IMG/VR virus record: IMGVR_UViG_2905984197_000003
Coordinates: 10,435 to 74,434 of that record
Length of the DNA: 64,000 bases
From: a virus
Lineage: Duplodnaviria; Caudoviricetes
Strand: one strand, 5' to 3'
Position 1 is the stretch's first letter. Each line of letters starts with the position of its first letter. The notes under the pieces were generated by a model. It searched no databases. It saw only the letters and a program-made list of their open reading frames with translations, and was not told the origin of the DNA. Below are positions 49,156 to 59,039 of this stretch, in pieces. The translations under genes and the position numbers were made by a program.

Positions 49156-50000
49156 TATTTAGCAAATTGTTTTTTGTTGTTTAACCATTTTTTTAGCATC
49201 CCTTTCGTTTCCCAAGCGTCCATTCCCTGAAATCTCATCTTTCCATTTTGCGCTGTCATAGCGTAATGCTCGAAAAATTCTTTTTTTGTTTCCTGCTTCA
49301 CAGTGCCGGTTATCGCTTTTATCTCATCCCAGAACTCCTGTTTGCTCCAATTCTTGAAATTATTTACCGGTACCGGATTTTTATTCAGCCAGAATTCAAA
49401 GTTTTTAGCCATGTCAGAATCATTTCGCCATTTATCATCTTCCCAGGAAACTTTTTTCTCAACAAATTCATCGATTTTTGATCTTAGTTGTTCATCAGAA
49501 AGTTTATGCTGCATTTTCAGCCGGTCCATTTGAATCTGTCTTTTGGTTTTTAGCAAATTTTTTAAATCAGAAATTTTTTCTTGCTCATCCGCCACTTCTT
49601 CTACTACGTCTTTTGATTCTTTTTCTAAAAGAATACCATTATCATACTCATTATCATATTCATTATCACGTTCGTTTTGCTTCGAAATTGAAGCATTTGC
49701 TTCGCTTGCTTTCTCTTGCTTCGATGCTCTTGATTTTCCGCTAGTTACACCACCTTTCTTTCCTGCTTCTGACCTTTTTTTGCAAACCTCTTCGTATTTC
49801 TTCAAATCTTTTTTTAGAACATTTTTCAATTTTTGAGCTGCGAATTGGAGCAATCTATCCTCATTTTCGAACTCTGGATTTTCATCGTTAACGTATTGAA
49901 GCAAATGTTTAATTAGCTTCCCTGCTTCAGCATCTGTTAAAAATTCGAAGTCTTGCTTCCATTCCGCATAAAAGACAAAAGTGTTCTTATTTTCAGCCAT
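49155..50000 (-). CDS. Phage replication initiator protein
   Basis: N-terminal LTDAEAGKLIK...KRSEAGKKGG, repetitive linker, directly upstream of dnaB. Confidence 0.8.
   Translation of the reverse strand: MAENKNTFVFYAEWKQDFEFLTDAEAGKLIKHLLQYVNDENPEFENEDRLLQFAAQKLKNVLKKDLKKYEEVCKKRSEAGKKGGVTSGKSRASKQEKASEANASISKQNERDNEYDNEYDNGILLEKESKDVVEEVADEQEKISDLKNLLKTKRQIQMDRLKMQHKLSDEQLRSKIDEFVEKKVSWEDDKWRNDSDMAKNFEFWLNKNPVPVNNFKNWSKQEFWDEIKAITGTVKQETKKEFFEHYAMTAQNGKMRFQGMDAWETKGMLKKWLNNKKQFAK
49637..49730. other. Putative replication origin iterons inside the initiator gene
   Basis: ttgcttcg three times plus ttgctt, and cattatca repeats; lambdoid origins lie in this position. Confidence 0.45.
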
Positions 50001-50024
50001 TCTTTTAAATTTATTACTGACTTA

Positions 50025-50243
50025 TTATTTCAATTCTAGCTTTCCATCAACCTCTTTAAGATCCTTATTTCCGACGTTAATGTCAAAATACTTGTAATCG
50101 TACCGATTGCCTAAATTCGTCTCAAAAACGATCTTCTGAATCTTTCCTATTCCTGTGAAGTTAACCTTCTTAATGCCTTTGTATTTGTAAGGCGTAACAT
50201 TGATAATTACCTCCTGGTCTATATCTAATTCTTTAACTTTCAT
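50025..50243 (-). CDS. Hypothetical protein
   Basis: 72 aa, overlapping the upstream HNH gene. Confidence 0.7.
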   Translation of the reverse strand: MKVKELDIDQEVIINVTPYKYKGIKKVNFTGIGKIQKIVFETNLGNRYDYKYFDINVGNKDLKEVDGKLELK

Positions 50244-50499
50244 AGATTTTCATTGTTTTTTGGTGAGTTTCATTTAAAAACTCTTTGGTGAAAATATTTG
50301 CATGTGCTTTCTCATGACAGGTTCTACACAGTGCGATAAGATTCTCAATTTTATCTTGCTGATCTTTTGTTTTGCTACCGAATTCCGATCTCCGAATTAT
50401 GTGATGAATCTCGGTTGCTTGACAATGGCATATTTCACAGTGGTAGAACCCGGAATGAGAGGGGAAATACTCCAGATATACTTTCGTATGTTTTTCCAT
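50233..50499 (-). CDS. HNH endonuclease
   Basis: CEIC...EIHHI...ENLIALCRTCHEKAH. Confidence 0.9.
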   Translation of the reverse strand: MEKHTKVYLEYFPSHSGFYHCEICHCQATEIHHIIRRSEFGSKTKDQQDKIENLIALCRTCHEKAHANIFTKEFLNETHQKTMKIYES

Positions 50500-50508
50500 T
50501 TAAGACTC

Positions 50509-51501
50509 CTAATCGTAGTAAATCATGTAAAATTTACCTTTTTCATCCTGACCTTGGGAAATCATTTTCCTGTCACCGTGAACGTAGATGTGAAAATTCT
50601 TATCTAATTTGATAATTGATTTAAAATGACGTTGAGACTTCTTAACTGCTGCAGTAGATATTGGGAATTCTTCAGAAACATTTATCTGATATTCTTGCTC
50701 GTAATCAGTTTTGAAATTATTGAAGCTTTCGATTACATGTTCATCTTTCAAAACCTCAGCAGCGAAATCATCAAGTTTAAATTCTTCTTTTTCCTTGAAA
50801 AAATTAAGAGTATTATTTAAAAAATCAGCCTGATCAACTTTTGACACTTCAAATTCCTGAGGAAGTTGTTTTGTGAAATAATCTTTATAGATTGATAGTG
50901 ATTCCTGAGTATGGTAGTAATCATCCTCCCTCTGTCTAACTTTGAGGAAATCTTCAAACCAGTAATACATATCACCGTTTTTGTTGTTGTCAACTACTGA
51001 AAGAACATATCCGGTTTCTTTGTCTTTGTTGAAAATTAAAGCTGCTTTGTCAATTTTCGCTAAACTGATTCCCTGGTCTTTTTCAAGATCCATTGTTTCA
51101 TCGTGTGGGAATATTTTCAAGAAAGATTCTCTTTTCTCAGTTTTGAAGATTCCGATTTTATCAACTTCATTTTCGTTTTCAGCTTGGAAGAATACGATGA
51201 ACAATTCCCCACCTTGCACTCTTGGATTTTCGGCAGCATCATACAAATGTCTACCGATATTTTTTGACTGATCAATAAGTAATTCTGGATTTGCAAAAAT
51301 AAAATCTACTGTTGAGTAAATTAAATTATTGGTTAAATATGAATCACTGTAAAACTGAAATGTTTCTTCGCTTTTAAAAGCGCTTAAAAAGTAGTTTTGA
51401 ATAAGTTCGGACATATTCTCGTCCAATTGTAATTCTTCATTCGTAAACGATGCTCCTTCACCGTTGATTTTGTTTCCTATTTTGTGTGCTACTATTTTCA
51501 T
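50509..51501 (-). CDS. Nucleoid-associated protein (YejK/NdpA-like)
   Basis: 330 aa; AHKIGNK, IGIFKTE, KIDKAALIFN, YWFEDFL, IKLDKNFHIYVHG. Confidence 0.8.
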   Translation of the reverse strand: MKIVAHKIGNKINGEGASFTNEELQLDENMSELIQNYFLSAFKSEETFQFYSDSYLTNNLIYSTVDFIFANPELLIDQSKNIGRHLYDAAENPRVQGGELFIVFFQAENENEVDKIGIFKTEKRESFLKIFPHDETMDLEKDQGISLAKIDKAALIFNKDKETGYVLSVVDNNKNGDMYYWFEDFLKVRQREDDYYHTQESLSIYKDYFTKQLPQEFEVSKVDQADFLNNTLNFFKEKEEFKLDDFAAEVLKDEHVIESFNNFKTDYEQEYQINVSEEFPISTAAVKKSQRHFKSIIKLDKNFHIYVHGDRKMISQGQDEKGKFYMIYYD

Positions 51502-51502
51502 T

Positions 51503-51949
51503 TTAGAGGTAAATTTTGTTTTCGTGTTGTTCGATCTTGTTTTTGATTTCTTCCAGGTGGATAAGATCTTTAGGTTCCGGAAGGTAAAGTCCTAAAGTCT
51601 GAGCTGAGTAGTTTCTGAATCTCTCAGTAGCAAGCGAAAACTCTTCTGTATTTAAATTTGCTGAACTTCTCCAGTCTTCTCTTTCTTCTCCGGTTACATA
51701 GTTGATATGTGTGGTTTTGAATATATCCGGATTGACTTTCTTTTTGAAGTGCTCCAATTTAATTTCAGCGAGCGTATCTCCATATTCTAAAGCGTAATGA
51801 CTTAAAATTAAATGCAGATAATTGTTCTGGCTGTAGGTTCTGTTTTTCTTCTTTTCCAAAACCTCAATCTTTGCATTTTTCTCAAAGAGATGTTTAATTC
51901 TCCTGATAGCTCTCTGTTTCATGGTTGGATTGGATAAGTCGAAAATCAT
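51503..51949 (-). CDS. NinB-like recombination accessory protein
   Basis: RTYSQNNYLH...RSSANLNTEEF...GLYLPEP. Confidence 0.65.
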   Translation of the reverse strand: MIFDLSNPTMKQRAIRRIKHLFEKNAKIEVLEKKKNRTYSQNNYLHLILSHYALEYGDTLAEIKLEHFKKKVNPDIFKTTHINYVTGEEREDWRSSANLNTEEFSLATERFRNYSAQTLGLYLPEPKDLIHLEEIKNKIEQHENKIYL

Positions 51950-51960
51950 AGGAGGGAATT

Positions 51961-52647
51961 TTAATATCTTGACCAGTAAGTTTCCATACTTCCGTCTAAG
52001 TCAGTAATTTTAACCTGAGCAGAATACAATCTGAAAATCTTAGCTTCAATACCATATAAGTGCGATAACAATTCTGGTGTAGCTGATTTTCTTCCTCGCC
52101 AATTATTAATATACATCGATAGAATTCTTGCGCCTTCATTTCTTGTAGAAATCGTGAATTCGAAAGTGCATTGTCTTTTTTCTTTATTAGCTTCAATATC
52201 GGCATACACATGAACCCAATTATATGTACTTTCATCTTCATCATCTACAATAAATGTAATTTTCCCTTCTCCATCTTGGTCTTGATCCTCCATTGCTGCC
52301 TCGATAAACATTTGGTTGATTTCATAAAGAGAAATTTCTTTTTTATCAACAAATCCGACAATATTTTGAGTCATATCAATGATCGGTTGTATATTTACTT
52401 GGCTAACTAAGTTTTCGTTTATTACTTTTCCGATCAAAGAACTGTAATCAATTAAATCAAACTTCTGAAGATTTACATTGATACTTTCTTCAATTTTGCT
52501 TTTAATTGAGTCTTTTACATTACCCCATCGAAAAATATCGGAAACAATATCCTCGATCATTTTTGTGGTTTTGTCCTCAATCATCTGAGGTAGTTTTTCA
52601 GCAATGACTTTTTCAATTGCTATGTTTGTTTCTTTGTTAAAATCCAT
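51961..52647 (-). CDS. Hypothetical protein
   Basis: 228-aa ORF in the early operon. Confidence 0.75.
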   Translation of the reverse strand: MDFNKETNIAIEKVIAEKLPQMIEDKTTKMIEDIVSDIFRWGNVKDSIKSKIEESINVNLQKFDLIDYSSLIGKVINENLVSQVNIQPIIDMTQNIVGFVDKKEISLYEINQMFIEAAMEDQDQDGEGKITFIVDDEDESTYNWVHVYADIEANKEKRQCTFEFTISTRNEGARILSMYINNWRGRKSATPELLSHLYGIEAKIFRLYSAQVKITDLDGSMETYWSRY

Positions 52648-52658
52648 GATTATAATTA

Positions 52659-53396
52659 TTAAAAAGGTGTTTTATTTATATTAATTGTCATTCCTCCGTT
52701 CGCTGTGTGAACTTCTTTTCCGGTGATTCCTGAGACTTTCTTTGCGAAGTTTATCTCATGGGAATTGCTGTCAGATAAGTGAATCAAAACGATGTTATTT
52801 ACCTGTGAGAGATCATTTGCGAGTAGAAAATCCATACATGTCTCAATACTCATGTGAGAGTTGTAAATCCTGTCTCTCAAGAACTTTTTATCTCCTAACT
52901 TCTCATTGATGATATCAGCATCGTAATTCGCTTCGATAATGATATTGTTCAAACCTTTGAAGGTGTAAGGACAATAAACCGTATCAGTAAGAAATAGCAC
53001 CGTTCCGCAATCTGTGTGATTAACCAAGAATCCGCAAGGCTCAGCAACATCATGGATTGTAGGAAAGGAAATGACATTGAAGTTTCCGACTTTGAATTGT
53101 CCTTTCTGTGGAATCACAACTTTTCTTGAGCTTACTGTATTCTTTGAAGTTGAGTTTTGGAAAGTTCCTGCGGTTGCATAAACATTGATTCCAGATCCTA
53201 AAACTTCATTGATACTCTTTGCGTGATCGCCGTGCTCGTGCGTGCAGATGGCGCCGGATATTTTGTTCACTTTGAAATCAATCGCTTTTTTAATATCCAT
53301 GATGTTCACTCCGCACTCGATAAGTAATGCTTCCTCCTCATTTTCGAGGAGGTATGCATTGCCTTTACTCCCAGAACCAATTACTTTCAGCTTCAT
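52659..53396 (-). CDS. Metallo-beta-lactamase-fold hydrolase (probable exonuclease partner of RecT)
   Basis: GSGSKGN, THEHGDH, HD, TDT, IEANY, IHLS. Confidence 0.9.
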   Translation of the reverse strand: MKLKVIGSGSKGNAYLLENEEEALLIECGVNIMDIKKAIDFKVNKISGAICTHEHGDHAKSINEVLGSGINVYATAGTFQNSTSKNTVSSRKVVIPQKGQFKVGNFNVISFPTIHDVAEPCGFLVNHTDCGTVLFLTDTVYCPYTFKGLNNIIIEANYDADIINEKLGDKKFLRDRIYNSHMSIETCMDFLLANDLSQVNNIVLIHLSDSNSHEINFAKKVSGITGKEVHTANGGMTININKTPF

Positions 53397-54274
53397 CAGA
53401 AAGATGGTCCTGAATTAGAATCTACTTCTTCCTTTACTCCGAAATCCTCCATGATCTCTTCATACTCTGCAGCATCTGAAATATCTTTGAAGCCGATTTC
53501 CTCCTTATTCGCATTTTCTCTTATATCCTGCTTCACATCTGATGAAACTCTATCTGATGAAACAGCTCGATCTTCATTTTCATAAAGAACAGCATCGTCA
53601 GAACCTCTTACCAAAAGTTTACAAGCTCTATTGATTACAGTTTTCATGGCCATCTGATCAGGAAAGTTTTTGTGAGCTGGAGAATTACCTTTCATAGCAC
53701 CCTGATTCCAAGAATCTCTGATCTGAGCCATGCTCATAATTTCAACATCCTTGCTTCCATCCTGCATATCTAAGATTGCATAAGCTCCTACTACATCTTT
53801 ACTTCCTAAACTTGCAAGAGTTTGTTTATGAACTAAAACTCTGGATTTACCTGTTTCCGGATTATTTTCAAATTCAAATTGATCTTCCTTGAAAATCGCT
53901 TTTGCTTTGATATCTTTCAATCCTCCGAATCTTTTCGCTAAAACGATGTTCCCGGTATATTCGATTGAGCAATCAAGTTTATCACCGTAAGGAATGAAAT
54001 CACATTGCTTTTTCATTGGAGATAATCCCCAGACTACCATTTTTAATAGAGCATTTGCGATTGATTCTTTTGTACAAACTTCAAGAACCATTTTACCCTG
54101 ACTGTTTTTTTGTTCGCTCAACAGTAGATATGCTGATTTTAGAGCGTTTTCAGGTGAATAGTTTTCCGGGATTCTTAATTCTCCGGCAGCTTGAAAAGCA
54201 TCTACTTTTGCCAGTACCTGAGCTGAAATATCTTTTTTTACGTTTGCTAATTGTGTATTGTTTTCTGTTTGCAT
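53396..54274 (-). CDS. recT: RecT-family single-strand annealing protein
   Basis: CTKESIANAL, GLSPMKKQC, VGAYA, QMAMKTVINRACK. Confidence 0.9.
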   Translation of the reverse strand: MQTENNTQLANVKKDISAQVLAKVDAFQAAGELRIPENYSPENALKSAYLLLSEQKNSQGKMVLEVCTKESIANALLKMVVWGLSPMKKQCDFIPYGDKLDCSIEYTGNIVLAKRFGGLKDIKAKAIFKEDQFEFENNPETGKSRVLVHKQTLASLGSKDVVGAYAILDMQDGSKDVEIMSMAQIRDSWNQGAMKGNSPAHKNFPDQMAMKTVINRACKLLVRGSDDAVLYENEDRAVSSDRVSSDVKQDIRENANKEEIGFKDISDAAEYEEIMEDFGVKEEVDSNSGPSF

Positions 54275-54292
54275 GATTTTATATTTTTGTGA

Positions 54293-56305
54293 TTATGCTA
54301 TTCTTAATTTTTTATCTTCCGGCGATACGAAAAGATTGACGATTTGTGAAGGACTATCGATAAGGTTTACAACTGATTCTCTGTTGTCAATAATGATCGG
54401 GGCTGAAACATTGTAGAACTCGCAAAGAGTATTGATAATGTCAATTCCTGCATTGATTCTTGAAGCGGTGTTTGCATCAGAAATAGGCACTCCATTGACT
54501 AAAGCATCACAACATTCGATCAATGCACCGTTGATTTGCTTTTCAAACAATCTGAATTTCACAAATGAGAATTTCTCATTGATTCTATCTTCGATTGTAT
54601 CTACTTTCAGTTTTATGAAATTGTCAATAGTGTATTGAGTTTTCTCAATATCAGCGATTGACTGAGCAAGCATCTTTTCTTCTTTTTGAAGTTCAGCGAT
54701 ACGGTTGTTGGCTGTCTGAATTTGATCATTAGCTTGAAGAGAATTTCTCAAAACTTGAATCTCAGAATTGATACTTTGTTTTTGAGTTCTCAGATCGTTT
54801 TGATCATTCGGGTCAGGAAGTTCGAAAACTTTAGCTTCCAATGCAGCAACCTGAACTTTAAGATCTTTTAAGTCCTTGTTTTCAGAAGTGTATTTTGCAA
54901 TCAGTTCCTGTGGATCAAGAGAAGTAATTAACTCATCTTTCTTTTGATCTTCTAATTCTTTTTCTAAGATTGAGATCGAATCAGCAGTTTCTTTGATGAA
55001 AGCTTCACCGCTTCCAATTCTGGTATTTACCTCAGATAATTCAGCAGCTGCATTTGCTTTTTTATCGGAAATTGCTTTTCCCTCAGCATTGATACCATCA
55101 AGAATACTTTTCTTATTAGTATTAAATTTGGTTTGTAATTCAGCTTTCTGATTTTCTACCGTCGACGTATCAAGCGGTCTCTCACAGCAAGGACAAACTG
55201 CGTTTTCATCTGAGAATACAAAGTTTTTAGCATTCTCAACATTCCACAATTCTCTTTTATCCTGAATAGATTTTTCATATGAAGAAATTGAAGTTTCAAG
55301 AGTTGTTTTTTCAGATCTTAATCTGATCAGTTTTTGTTCTGCAGGTTGAAGTTCATTCGATTTTTTATCGTTGATCTGCTTCTGGATTTGATCAGCTTTA
55401 GAATCTCCGGACTTAGCTTCGTTTTTAGCTTTTTCAGCGATTTCAAAAACAATTGTATTTACTTTTCGTGCAAGTTTGAAAATCTCATCTTGATTTGCAT
55501 TTCTTTGATTAATAACCTCATCAAAAGCTTTCGATTTATCAAGCAATTGATTCTCGATGTTTTCAATCTGAGATTCTTTTGCTTTAATTCCAGCATTTAT
55601 TTCCTCGGCGTTTACCGCATCTGGCTTACTTCTTTCCACCTCATCGATACGAGTAGGAATCATCTTGATATCATCCTTCGCTTTTTTGATGGTAGCAGCA
55701 ATCTGCTTTTTATATTCCTCTAAAGATTTGTTCGTCAATTGAGCAACTAAAGCGATGTATTCTTCATTTCCTGCAACTAAATCAGCATCTGAAACCTCAC
55801 CAGCAATTTTCACTAAAACATCTCTTCTATCCTGCCATTTCAAAGAATTAAATGCAGATGGAGATGTGATAAGTTTAAAAACTTTTTCATCGATAATTTC
55901 ACCTACCTTCTCGTTATATTGCTTCTGAGACATCGGAACATCATTCCAATAGTATAAAGTTTCATTTCCCGAAAATTCTGATTCTAAAGCTCCTTTAGTT
56001 TTTACCCACTTTTCACGGAAAACTCTTTTTAATCTTACCGGTTCTGAGTTTACAAGGAAATCACCTTCCACTTCATGGTCTATTTTCGGGATCACATTGT
56101 TTTCAGAGTCCAATGTTTTAAGTTCGAAATCTTTTCTGTCTGTGCTATCCTTTCCAAAAAGCAACCAGGTACATGCATCGAATAGAGAAGTTTTTCCGGT
56201 CCCATTATCACCGAAGATATTCGTGTTGTTGTCGAAATCAATACTTAGATTTCTAAGACCCTTGAAGTTTAATACGGATAATCTTTTTAATTGTACATTG
56301 TTCAT
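54293..56305 (-). CDS. Rad50/SbcC-like ATPase with coiled coil and zinc hook
   Basis: Start adjusted to MNNVQLK at 56305; LNFKG, GDNGTGKT, central CPCC, PIIIDNRES. Confidence 0.9.
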   Translation of the reverse strand: MNNVQLKRLSVLNFKGLRNLSIDFDNNTNIFGDNGTGKTSLFDACTWLLFGKDSTDRKDFELKTLDSENNVIPKIDHEVEGDFLVNSEPVRLKRVFREKWVKTKGALESEFSGNETLYYWNDVPMSQKQYNEKVGEIIDEKVFKLITSPSAFNSLKWQDRRDVLVKIAGEVSDADLVAGNEEYIALVAQLTNKSLEEYKKQIAATIKKAKDDIKMIPTRIDEVERSKPDAVNAEEINAGIKAKESQIENIENQLLDKSKAFDEVINQRNANQDEIFKLARKVNTIVFEIAEKAKNEAKSGDSKADQIQKQINDKKSNELQPAEQKLIRLRSEKTTLETSISSYEKSIQDKRELWNVENAKNFVFSDENAVCPCCERPLDTSTVENQKAELQTKFNTNKKSILDGINAEGKAISDKKANAAAELSEVNTRIGSGEAFIKETADSISILEKELEDQKKDELITSLDPQELIAKYTSENKDLKDLKVQVAALEAKVFELPDPNDQNDLRTQKQSINSEIQVLRNSLQANDQIQTANNRIAELQKEEKMLAQSIADIEKTQYTIDNFIKLKVDTIEDRINEKFSFVKFRLFEKQINGALIECCDALVNGVPISDANTASRINAGIDIINTLCEFYNVSAPIIIDNRESVVNLIDSPSQIVNLFVSPEDKKLRIA

Positions 56306-56315
56306 CTTTATAGTT

Positions 56316-56534
56316 TTAAAATTGTTTTTTAATTTCTTTATATTTTTGATTTGCTTCGAGTTCGGTTTCAAATTGAGCTACAGATACAAATGGATATTTA
56401 GTTTTATTGATGCTCTTATTTTCCATTCTAACAACCCATTTTTTTGAAACTTCACTGTAGAAAACTCCTTCTTCGTTTGGAAATTTTTCTTCTTTAAACC
56501 TTTTGAAGCTTCTACCGTGGTTTAAACCCGCCAT
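56316..56534 (-). CDS. Hypothetical protein
   Basis: 72-aa ORF in the early operon. Confidence 0.7.
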   Translation of the reverse strand: MAGLNHGRSFKRFKEEKFPNEEGVFYSEVSKKWVVRMENKSINKTKYPFVSVAQFETELEANQKYKEIKKQF

Positions 56535-56536
56535 TA

Positions 56537-56680
56537 TTAAAGCTTTTCATTTTGCAAATCCTTAATCTCTTTGATAAACTCATTTACAGCGGTTAATTCT
56601 GCGTGAGTTAAAGTGTCATATCCAATTCGTTTCGCATTAACGAACCATATCCCTCCGATGTTTTCAATTCTGATGTTCAT
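56537..56680 (-). CDS. 47-aa hypothetical protein (below ORF-track cutoff)
   Basis: MNIRIENIGGIWFVNAK...QNEKL*; fills the operon gap. Confidence 0.6.
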   Translation of the reverse strand: MNIRIENIGGIWFVNAKRIGYDTLTHAELTAVNEFIKEIKDLQNEKL

Positions 56681-56846
56681 GGCCATATTTTATGAAGTTG
56701 GAAAATTCTTTGTGATAGATTCTCAGAAATCCAACCACTAAATACACACAAGCCGGAAGTAAAAAGACCGTGATGTTTTGGTTTTCAGAACAGGCTAAAA
56801 CATAGACTGTATTGAGAACAAGAAGGAAGTTTAAAAAGTTTTTCAT
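56664..56846 (-). CDS. Small two-TM membrane protein
   Basis: 60 aa with two hydrophobic segments. Confidence 0.6.
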   Translation of the reverse strand: MKNFLNFLLVLNTVYVLACSENQNITVFLLPACVYLVVGFLRIYHKEFSNFIKYGHEHQN

Positions 56847-56858
56847 TTGATTGAGTTT

Positions 56859-57095
56859 TTAAGTTTGTTTTGGAGCTTTATCCCATCCCCGGCGTTTTGC
56901 CGCTTGTGCTAATAAAAGCTGAACACTTGGAGAAAGTTCTTGCGCGGCATCCACTCCGCTATTCTCTTGTGCTATTTGTTTTTCCAGTAGTTCAATTCTT
57001 TCCCAGACTTCAGCGTTGGCTTTCTTTTGTTGATCTTCTACTCTCCATTGCTTTACCCTAAGTGCGTGAACTGCTTTCTCCAGTGTTCTGCTCAT
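56859..57095 (-). CDS. Hypothetical protein
   Basis: 78 aa; ATGA overlap. Confidence 0.7.
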   Translation of the reverse strand: MSRTLEKAVHALRVKQWRVEDQQKKANAEVWERIELLEKQIAQENSGVDAAQELSPSVQLLLAQAAKRRGWDKAPKQT

Positions 57096-57310
57096 GATAT
57101 TTTATTTTCTGATGGAAATTTTCTGTGATACTCTTGCTCGATTGCGTGATAGTTCGTTGCTTTCAGCGCATAAGCGTTATAAAGTGTTCTATCAGCTGTT
57201 GCTTTGTCTGCTGTTTCCTTCATGCAGAAGAGAAATGAATCAAAGACAAATTGCTTTTCAAAATCTCTCATTCCTTTGAATGGATCTGCTGTTTTTAAGT
57301 TTGGTTTCAT
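57092..57310 (-). CDS. Hypothetical protein
   Basis: 72 aa; ATGA overlaps on both sides. Confidence 0.7.
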   Translation of the reverse strand: MKPNLKTADPFKGMRDFEKQFVFDSFLFCMKETADKATADRTLYNAYALKATNYHAIEQEYHRKFPSENKIS

Positions 57311-57582
57311 ACGCAGTCTAAAAGCATTTGATTAACCGTCTTCTTACACAGCCTTGCGCTTTTTATTTTCGCATCGGCATTCTTACTAGCTATCGACATC
57401 AGTCTTTTTAAGGCTAGAACATTCTTTTCAGTCACGGGATTAGTTCTGTAAACTATATCTCTCAGAGTCGATGAGCTACAGCTATTTTCCTCTGCTGCCA
57501 CATCGGCGATATCTTCTTTCGTTGTAAACTCACGTAGGTAAGTTGACAACTGAGATGAAATAGGCTGGCTAATTTTTAACAT
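57307..57582 (-). CDS. Cro-like regulator, first gene of the lytic operon
   Basis: Probable start MLKISQ at 57582; TKEDIADVA...SSSTLRDIV HTH pattern; divergent from the repressor. Confidence 0.7.
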   Translation of the reverse strand: MLKISQPISSQLSTYLREFTTKEDIADVAAEENSCSSSTLRDIVYRTNPVTEKNVLALKRLMSIASKNADAKIKSARLCKKTVNQMLLDCV

Positions 57583-57640
57583 TGTTATATTATTTGTATT
57601 TTCGTACTGTAAAAAGCAATTGTTTATCGTAATTGCTTTA

Positions 57641-57682
57641 CAAATGTACAAACATTGTATGTAATTACAAACAATGTTTGTA
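57641..57682. promoter_or_regulatory. Lytic promoter overlapped by two 17-bp operators
   Basis: TACATTTG on minus (57641-57648); TACAAACA-T-TGTATGTA (57647-57663) and perfect palindrome TACAAACA-A-TGTTTGTA (57666-57682). Confidence 0.8.
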
Positions 57683-57813
57683 TTTAAAATTATAAATAAA
57701 CTATAACTCTTTGATTTTCAGTCTTATTATTTTTAAAGTAAATTTTATATTTGCGAAAATTATAATTGTAAAGATTGGATTTTGTAAGAAGTTGAAAACA
57801 TATTTCAATTATT

Positions 57814-58302
57814 ATGAGCGAAAAAACAAACAACGTAAGTACACTTCCTGATGTTAACCGAAGAATTTTAGAACTGGTTTCAGAAAGAGCTAATGGAAAT
57901 GTTTCAGAATTTTCAAGAATTATAGAGCAGGAACAGCAAAAAGTCGATCGTTTATTCAAGGTTGACAAGCGTACACAAAAGTTCCCGAAACCATCCGATA
58001 GTATACTCGAGTCTATAATTAAAAAATTAGATATTTCTAAAGGCTGGTTATTACTTGGAGTAAGTGAAGGGAATCAATCAGAGGATAGAGATGCAAAATC
58101 CTTCAAATTTCTATCAATAGAAGAAAAGCTTAATTTGCTATACCAGCAAAATTTAGAATTAAAAGAAGAAAATGAAAATATTAAAGACATTTTAGATGAG
58201 ATGTCATTAACTATGGAAATTTCTCTTGCACCAATATTAAGACACTTTAAACTGAAAGTTGACGACAAACAGAGTGCACAAAAAAATAGCTCAATTAGTT
58301 AA
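57814..58302 (+). CDS. CI-like repressor: N-terminal HTH, no S24 peptidase domain
   Basis: NVSEFSRII...QQKVDRL...ISKGWLLLG, then a coiled-coil-like tail; TATATTTG at 57746-57753; divergent from the cro-like gene. Confidence 0.8.
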   Translation: MSEKTNNVSTLPDVNRRILELVSERANGNVSEFSRIIEQEQQKVDRLFKVDKRTQKFPKPSDSILESIIKKLDISKGWLLLGVSEGNQSEDRDAKSFKFLSIEEKLNLLYQQNLELKEENENIKDILDEMSLTMEISLAPILRHFKLKVDDKQSAQKNSSIS

Positions 58303-58543
58303 AGCCTAATTGAGCTATTTTTATACCAAGTCTAAATTTTTGCAAATTTGCTTCTAAAGATATGGATTCTACCAGAATCAATCTCTGCTCATCTGAAAGT
58401 GTTGCGAATCTAACCTGTCTCAGAAGATGATAGTTATTTGAAATATACTCTTCATATTTTATTAAGCCCCTATCAAAAAAGTCTTCATTGCGATAATGTA
58501 GCTGCCGGATAAAATTACGCTGCTCCTTATTTACTTTCTTCAT
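58295..58543 (-). CDS. Small cytoplasmic protein, third gene of the repressor-convergent operon
   Basis: 82 aa; overlaps the membrane-protein gene by 17 nt and the repressor 3' end by 8 nt. Confidence 0.7.
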   Translation of the reverse strand: MKKVNKEQRNFIRQLHYRNEDFFDRGLIKYEEYISNNYHLLRQVRFATLSDEQRLILVESISLEANLQKFRLGIKIAQLGFN

Positions 58544-59039
58544 CGCTTTTCGTTTTTGATATTGAAATTCTTTCTATGGTTCTGAATTGTATTTCATCTT
58601 GAAGTTTCAAGTTTTTCACATATTCCTGCAGTCTATATATAATGTACAATCCTGGTAAAAGCATTATTAAGAACCCTAACCTATGAAACCAATCTGGATC
58701 AATATTAAAACCAAATCGCATAAGTTCATACATTACTAATGAGTATGTAGCTGCGTAAATAGGAAAGAAATAAGTATGAGGATAAGCTTTTAATAATCTT
58801 CCTAAACTTGTAAGAAGTATAGAAACGTATAAACTTTCAATCCAAACATCCGATCGAAGTAAAACTCCCCTCGCGTCAAGAGTTTTATTAAATTCAGGGT
58901 CTATCCATGACCATATATTATCTGTAAACGGAACAAAACCCGATAATATAACTATTATCGAGCCTACTAATTTAATATAAGTAAATCTGTGTTTACCTCC
59001 TAGGCGGAATTGGGACGTTTTTAGGATCTCCTCCTTCAT
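58527..59039 (-). CDS. Four-TM membrane protein with charged C-terminal tail
   Basis: Probable ATG at 59039 (MKEEILK); four hydrophobic segments; start lies inside the upstream gene. Confidence 0.8.
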   Translation of the reverse strand: MKEEILKTSQFRLGGKHRFTYIKLVGSIIVILSGFVPFTDNIWSWIDPEFNKTLDARGVLLRSDVWIESLYVSILLTSLGRLLKAYPHTYFFPIYAATYSLVMYELMRFGFNIDPDWFHRLGFLIMLLPGLYIIYRLQEYVKNLKLQDEIQFRTIERISISKTKSDEESK

